64,000 nt of DNA from Azolla caroliniana (lineage: Eukaryota > Plantae > Polypodiophyta): the NCBI GenBank assembly GCA_043228905.1, contig JBHGNT010000016.1:13826001-13890000 (forward strand), read 5' to 3'. Numbering within the stretch: position 1 is the stretch's first letter; each line of letters starts with the position of its first letter. The notes under the pieces are model-generated. The model searched no databases. It saw only the letters and a program-made list of their open reading frames with translations, and was not told the origin of the DNA. Positions 59,031 to 64,000 of the stretch are shown one piece after another. Made by a program: the position numbers and the translations under genes.

Positions 59031-60056
59031 CTTGATACAATAATTCTTGTAATGGTACTTTCATTGCAAGTGGGATGCTCAACTACTTCTGGCCATAGAG
59101 GATCTAAACCTTTATCTTTTAGACCCTTCATCAAACATGTCAGGTTCTCAGAGTGACTTTTTAAGGCTAATAACTTATCATCAATTTCAGAACGAGATGA
59201 CCTCCATGTCTCCAGATCTTTCTTCTGTTTTCTCAGTTGAGTACCCATATTTGTCAGCTCCTTCTTTAACTCCTCTTTCAACACATTGCTTTCAGAATGT
59301 TGGATTGTTGTTGTTATCCATACGTATGTATTCGATATAGATGTGAATTGTTTCTCTTTCGCCATCTCACTAGATGAAACTTCTTCCAAATCGGTGAGAA
59401 GCGCTTGCATTCTTGTTTGCATGGAAGTTATGCAACGCAACAATCGTTGTTCATGCTTTTCTGTTAGTGTAGCTCTTTCTTTTGCAATCTGTTTAGTCAA
59501 CACAGATGTCCTAGTTGGGATTTCAATGTGAGAGGTACCCTCACACTTCATAGTAGTGTTGGTACTTGAGGACCCTCTATAATGTGATGATCGATGATGA
59601 GCAAAATCTTCCCAATGAACTTCAATGCCACCATGGAGTTCACATGCAAATGCACGTGCAAAAACAGTTCCTACCTCATTGTTTAGGATATATTTTGTAT
59701 CATAAACTTGTTCATATCGTGACTTTAGTTCAGTGATATAATCCTTCTTCAATTGAGTGAGGTGAAAACCTCTCCTTGTCTCCGGTTGTGATGAGCCCCA
59801 TGTTTTGATCATCCACATGTCTAGGTCTTCATAAGTGTCAAGTCGTGCACGAAGAAAATATCCCCATCCTAACATTCTACCTCGAAGGATGTTTGTGAAC
59901 ATCTTCTTGCCCTGAGATGTTGACAACTTAAACCTCCCTCTGGTGGGGGTCATCTTACTTTCTTTGATGGGGGTTCTTTTTCTTTCCTTACATGGTGTGT
60001 TGACATTTTCTTTGACCATTTTCGTCTTCGTGGGTGTCTTCCTTGTCATTTGAGTC
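59031..60056 (-). CDS. Large exon of an unknown transposon accessory gene (basic N-terminus, C-terminal coiled coil); probable further exons down to about 56650
   Basis: Open frame 59027-60109; acceptor TAG near 60057; donor AAG|GTAATG at 59030; acidic exon-like segments at 56650-56940, 57035-57230 and 57430-57640. Confidence 0.62.
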
Positions 60057-60729
60057 CTATCTCTCTTCTTCACACACACAACAATAGTAAATAACAATAG
60101 ATCAATCACAACTGTCTTTTTTCATCATCATATGATTAAATCACGCATAATAAGAACAAAAATGAGACATAACAACCCTAAACATACTTCAAGTTGGCTC
60201 AAAAACAAGATTCATGCATGTACAAGTCTCTCTTGAAAGTGCACATAGGAGGAAAGAGAAAAACATATACACAACATATACATGCTAAACCATGGAAAAT
60301 CATTGCAGCGTACCATCATAGAACCATCTTCCATGTACAAGTGTCTCAAATGATCAAGGGAGAACAACAACAACAACAACAACAAAACCCTAACATGTAG
60401 CAGAACGTGAAGATAAGCCTAAAGCAGGATTACCTTTTCAGATGTTGTTAGGGTTGCAGATAGCAGGATTACCTTTCTAAAGTCCTTGCAGAGGGGACAC
60501 ATTTGAAACACGGGTTGCAAGCAAACGGACACGCCAGGTAGAGGGAACACAACGACTTGAGAACACCTGGAGGTAGAGCAAAGCAAAGGTCACAGCCAGC
60601 AGAGGGGACACGGCCAACACAGCAGAGGTCAATGTCGTTAGGACAAGGTGAGCACAAAACACCTAACAGTGAGGGAGAACAAGGTCATCAGTGGGAGAGA
60701 GAACGCGGCCAACCCTAGAGAGGTTGAAA

Positions 60730-60950
60730 GACCTGTGTAGAAGGTGGAAGAGAGACAGAGAGGGGGAGAGGAGGTACGAACGACGAGCAGTGACGCGCTT
60801 GGAGTCTGCAAAGACCTGTGCAGAAGGTGGAAGACAGACAGAGAGGGGGAGAGGAGGTATGAACGATGAGTAGTGACGCGCTTGGAGTCTACAGAGACTT
60901 GTACAAAAGGTGGAAGAGAGACAGAGAGGGGGGGAGGAGGTACAAACCTC
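60730..60950. repeat. 83-bp tandem repeat, about 2.7 units
   Basis: GAC(C/T)TGT..AAGGTGGAAGA at 60730, 60813 and 60896. Confidence 0.85.
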
Positions 60951-60992
60951 GAGAATCAGTGAGTAGAAGGGGGGAGGAGAGACATAGAGAGA

Positions 60993-61020
60993 GGGGGGGG
61001 GGGGGGGGGGGGGGGGGGGG
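60993..61020 (+). repeat. G28 homopolymer
   Basis: Directly visible. Confidence 0.9.
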
Positions 61021-61920
61021 AGACTAACTGACTAACTAACAGTTCGAGATGAACATATGTGCCAAGAGAGAGAGCGAGAGAGGACATACTTACTATATTC
61101 ATAATTGAGTGACTACTCGAGATCTTGTATAGTTAAGATCTCCGTACAACATTACCTAGGACTATGACCCAACAACCTCAAATGAAATGGACAGTTGGAC
61201 ACAGACATAAGTTATAATTGTGGAAGGATGTGCAATGTTTTTTTTCATATTTGAAATCCATTTTCATTGAATGTGACTTTTAATTTTAGCACAAAATATG
61301 GTCAACTTTTTTAACCCAAATATTGGATTATTTTTCTTTCCTCCTCATCGAGTTAGTACTAAAATTTTGGCCAAAAGTTGGTACATCGTAGCATGCTTTC
61401 ACCTGTAGATCAATATACGCAGATGACCCATTTCCTGCCATGTACTAAGGAAATCTCCAGTGAGGAAACCGCCAAAAATGTCATGCGTGAAGTATGTCGG
61501 CATTATCACCTTCCCGATAGTATCATCAACGATCGTGGACCCTAGTTCATCTCGAAATTCTGGAAGCACCTTTTTAAATGCTCAAGGTCACTTGTAACCT
61601 CTCCTCCGGTTACCACCCGCAAACAGACAGCCAAGAAGAACGAACAAATCAAACGTTGGAGCAGTATCTTTGGTGCTTTCTAAGCTATCATCAAGATGAT
61701 TGGGCAAATATTCTACACTTCGCCGAATTTGCGTATAATAACTCTGTCCACTCATCAATAAAAGTTACACCATTTTATGCTTATGCGGGTTGTCACCCCA
61801 GTGGTGTGTATTTGAAACCCCAGAGTTACCCACAAATCCAAGTGGATTTATCTACTCATCTACAGCAAGCTCAACAAACACACAAGGTTTACACGAATCG
61901 TCATCGGCTTCCATCCAGTT

Positions 61921-62765
61921 TTGATGAGAAGATCCCTCTAAAAAATGGCTCCATTGTGTAAAAGAGTCCACTATTGATAATAGCTCCTTGTCATGTATTT
62001 CGTAGTTGATTTTGGCGGTGTCAAACTTCCGTGAGTGGAAAGCCACAAGATGTAGTTTTTCATCATCGCCTTGTTGTGATAGAATGCTACCCAAGGCAAA
62101 ATCCGATGCGTCTGCCTCAATGATGAACGGTTTTTTCGAATCAACATGAGCTAGGATAGGAGCTGATGTAAATGCTTTCTTAAGACTCACAAAATCCGTG
62201 TCTGCTTCTTTCGACCAAATAAACGATCGACCCTTCTTGGTAAGTTGTGTGAGAGGCAGAATAAGCTTTGAGTAATCCTATATAAACTTGTGGTAGAAAT
62301 TGGTGAAGCCTTTAAAAAGCATTGCACATCTCGTAACCAATGTGGAGTCTGCCATTCTACCACCATTTTGACCTTAGTTGGATTCATAGAGATGCCTTCC
62401 GAGGAAATGACATAGCCTAGAAATTCCACCTGGTTGCACTCGAAACTACATTTTTCTAGTTTTGCATAAAGACCATGTTCTCGAAGTCGTTTTAGTACTA
62501 ATAGTACATGAGAATCATGTTCTTCTTGAGTCTTCGAATAGACCAGTAGATGATCAAACAAATATCCAAGAGATCTCGGAATATATCATTTGCCATGTGT
62601 TGGAAGACTGATGACGCATTAGTGAGACCGAATGGCATAACTGTATACTCAAAGTGCCCATATCTGGTGCAAAACGCGGTCTTCCATTCATCTCCTGGTC
62701 GGATTCGTACGAGGATATATGCTCCTCATAAGTCAATCTTTGTGAAGAACTTTGCACCATTGATC
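61921..62765 (-). pseudogene. Chromovirus RT-RNase H remnant, inverted relative to the adjacent integrase fragment
   Basis: KIDL.GAY, GLYAKLEKC, IEADASDFALG, YEIHDKELL. Confidence 0.9.
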
Positions 62766-63057
62766 TGTTCTTTGGGAAGACTCGAGAATATAACGCAACT
62801 AGAAGAAAACAATACAGCGATTCAGAGGACAAAAAACTATATTTTAGAGATTACCGAAAATTACGCTCGTTCTTACAAGTTTCCCATGCCCTTTATATAC
62901 AAGGTCATGGTCGGTTACGCTTGGAGCATGAACTATTACAAGCATTCATAACGCTTCATTCTATACCTATGGCCTCATAATTACGCTACGGTTGTTTTGT
63001 CTCTACGCCTTCCTTTTCTTCCACCTTTTCCCACTAGGCCAACTTAGGTGGACAACA
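62766..63057 (-). repeat. Probable short LTR (292 bp) of an unidentified family
   Basis: TGTT...AACA ends and minus-strand TATATAAAG; separates two unrelated pol remnants; no matching TSD. Confidence 0.45.
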
Positions 63058-63545
63058 CTTCGTCCTGGAATGATAGGTCGTGTTCTTCGCACTCTGGTTG
63101 CTGCAATAGAGCCGGAATTCCTCCTTCTGGATCCCTAACTCTTCGATGAAGTCCTTCGTCCAGATTATCTCTTTGCCAGCTTCCACGACTGTCGTGTACT
63201 CCACTTTCGTTGTCAACAGTGCAACGAACTTCTATAGCCACGACTGCCATGATACAACTCCCCCTACATAAGTCATGACATATCTAGATGTAGATTGGTT
63301 GGTATCCGCATCAGCCGACATATCCGAACACCATCGCGTACATCAAGCTTCGGACAGTAGAGGCATATGGTATCTTCATCATATCTAACTTCTCAGCCTT
63401 TGTCTTCGGGCTCTGCTTTCCGGACAACTTGCAGTTCGCCGGAAGTGTCGACCCTACCGACTCTGCATCCGACATGTTGAACCTTTGAAGCACCTTTGTC
63501 ACATACTTCTCTTGTGACAGCCACAACTACTTCTTCGTCCAGTCC
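63058..63545 (-). pseudogene. Copia RT / RNase H fragment
   Basis: WLSQEKYVTKVLQRF, IPYAS.V.SLMYAMV, VEAGKEIIW, YHSRTK. Confidence 0.9.
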
Positions 63546-63669
63546 CATATCTTAACTCCAGTAACCGTGTCCGAGAAGAAGGCCAAGACCAAGACATGGG
63601 CAGATGTGGTCAAAGACAGAAGGCAAATCGGAGATAGCCGATTCAGTCGAGGAGTTTGATTAAGGAGAG

Positions 63670-63960
63670 CCGAATCATATGTCGTTAGAAACTCGCAACA
63701 CTTTGCAATAATTGGCATCGGCACAATAGAGCTTAACCTTCCGAGCGGCTCTACTCTTGTATTGCACAACGTCTGACACGTACCTAAGCTGTCAAGGCCA
63801 TTGATCTTAGTCAAACAATTAGAAGAAGATGGTATACATGTTGGCTTCTCGACGAGAGGGTGGACACTTTAGAGAGGCAACCTCCTACTTGCTCGAGGAT
63901 CGAAGGTACATTCACTATACCCGCTATATGTCACTTTCAGAGAAGGTGACCTAGTTTTGG
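63670..63960 (+). pseudogene. Copia protease-region remnant of a different family
   Basis: Manual translation IIGIGTIELNLPSGSTLVLHNV*HVPKL..LI..KQLEEDG..RGNLLLARG.KVHSLYPL. Confidence 0.7.
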
Positions 63961-64000
63961 TAGACATGCTCCCTATCTTCAACTGTCAACTCTCTTCGAG

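Larger units (their letters stand above)
48850..61404 (+). mobile_element. TIR DNA transposon (about 7.5 kb net) with two convergent intron-containing genes
   Basis: Imperfect TIRs (GGTCAAAGGATGCTA-GTGTACCAA..TTTTGGCCAAAA..AGTACTA versus reverse complement of 61354-61403); flanks rejoin an integrase frame; TA to GTAG duplicated at the site. Confidence 0.8.
48778..61920 (+). pseudogene. Chromovirus integrase fragment split by the DNA transposon (48778-48849 plus 61405-61920)
   Basis: Left part SIALDFITDLPVSKGFDAILTVV joins right part DQYTQMTHFLPCTKEI.., collinear with ORF 21884-23431. Confidence 0.88.

Noticed and set aside
1-64000. Host protein-coding gene, rRNA or prokaryotic system
   Set aside because: Every recognisable coding segment is transposon-derived; the unknown ORF at 59027-60109 lies inside the TIR-bounded element

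Overview
Eukaryotic, gene-free stack of nested transposable elements. The element families suggest a non-seed land plant (inference); no host housekeeping gene is visible. Four LTR-retrotransposon groups are present: (1) an Athila-like Ty3/Gypsy with a tRNA-Arg PBS, as one full 10.1-kb copy (28883-39009), fragments, and a 3.2-kb non-autonomous partner with apparently identical LTRs (4089-7255); (2) a tRNA-Trp-primed Gypsy with a 4-bp TSD (full copy 10789-20060); (3) Tcn1-like chromoviruses; (4) Ty1/Copia, including one near-intact copy (39729-44949). There are also two DDE-type DNA transposon families, one reconstructed as a two-gene TIR element (48850-61404). Seven insertions are delimited by target-site duplications. 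Top observations: (a) the Athila-like family and its non-autonomous partner have no polypurine tract; in its place is a conserved CCA-ended sequence resembling a tRNA-Arg 3' end, i.e. an inverted second PBS, suggesting tRNA or tRNA-mimic priming of the plus strand; (b) tRNA-like A-box/B-box cassettes lie in the U3 of LTRs from two unrelated Gypsy lineages. tRNA assignments rely on recalled plant tRNA sequences and need checking.
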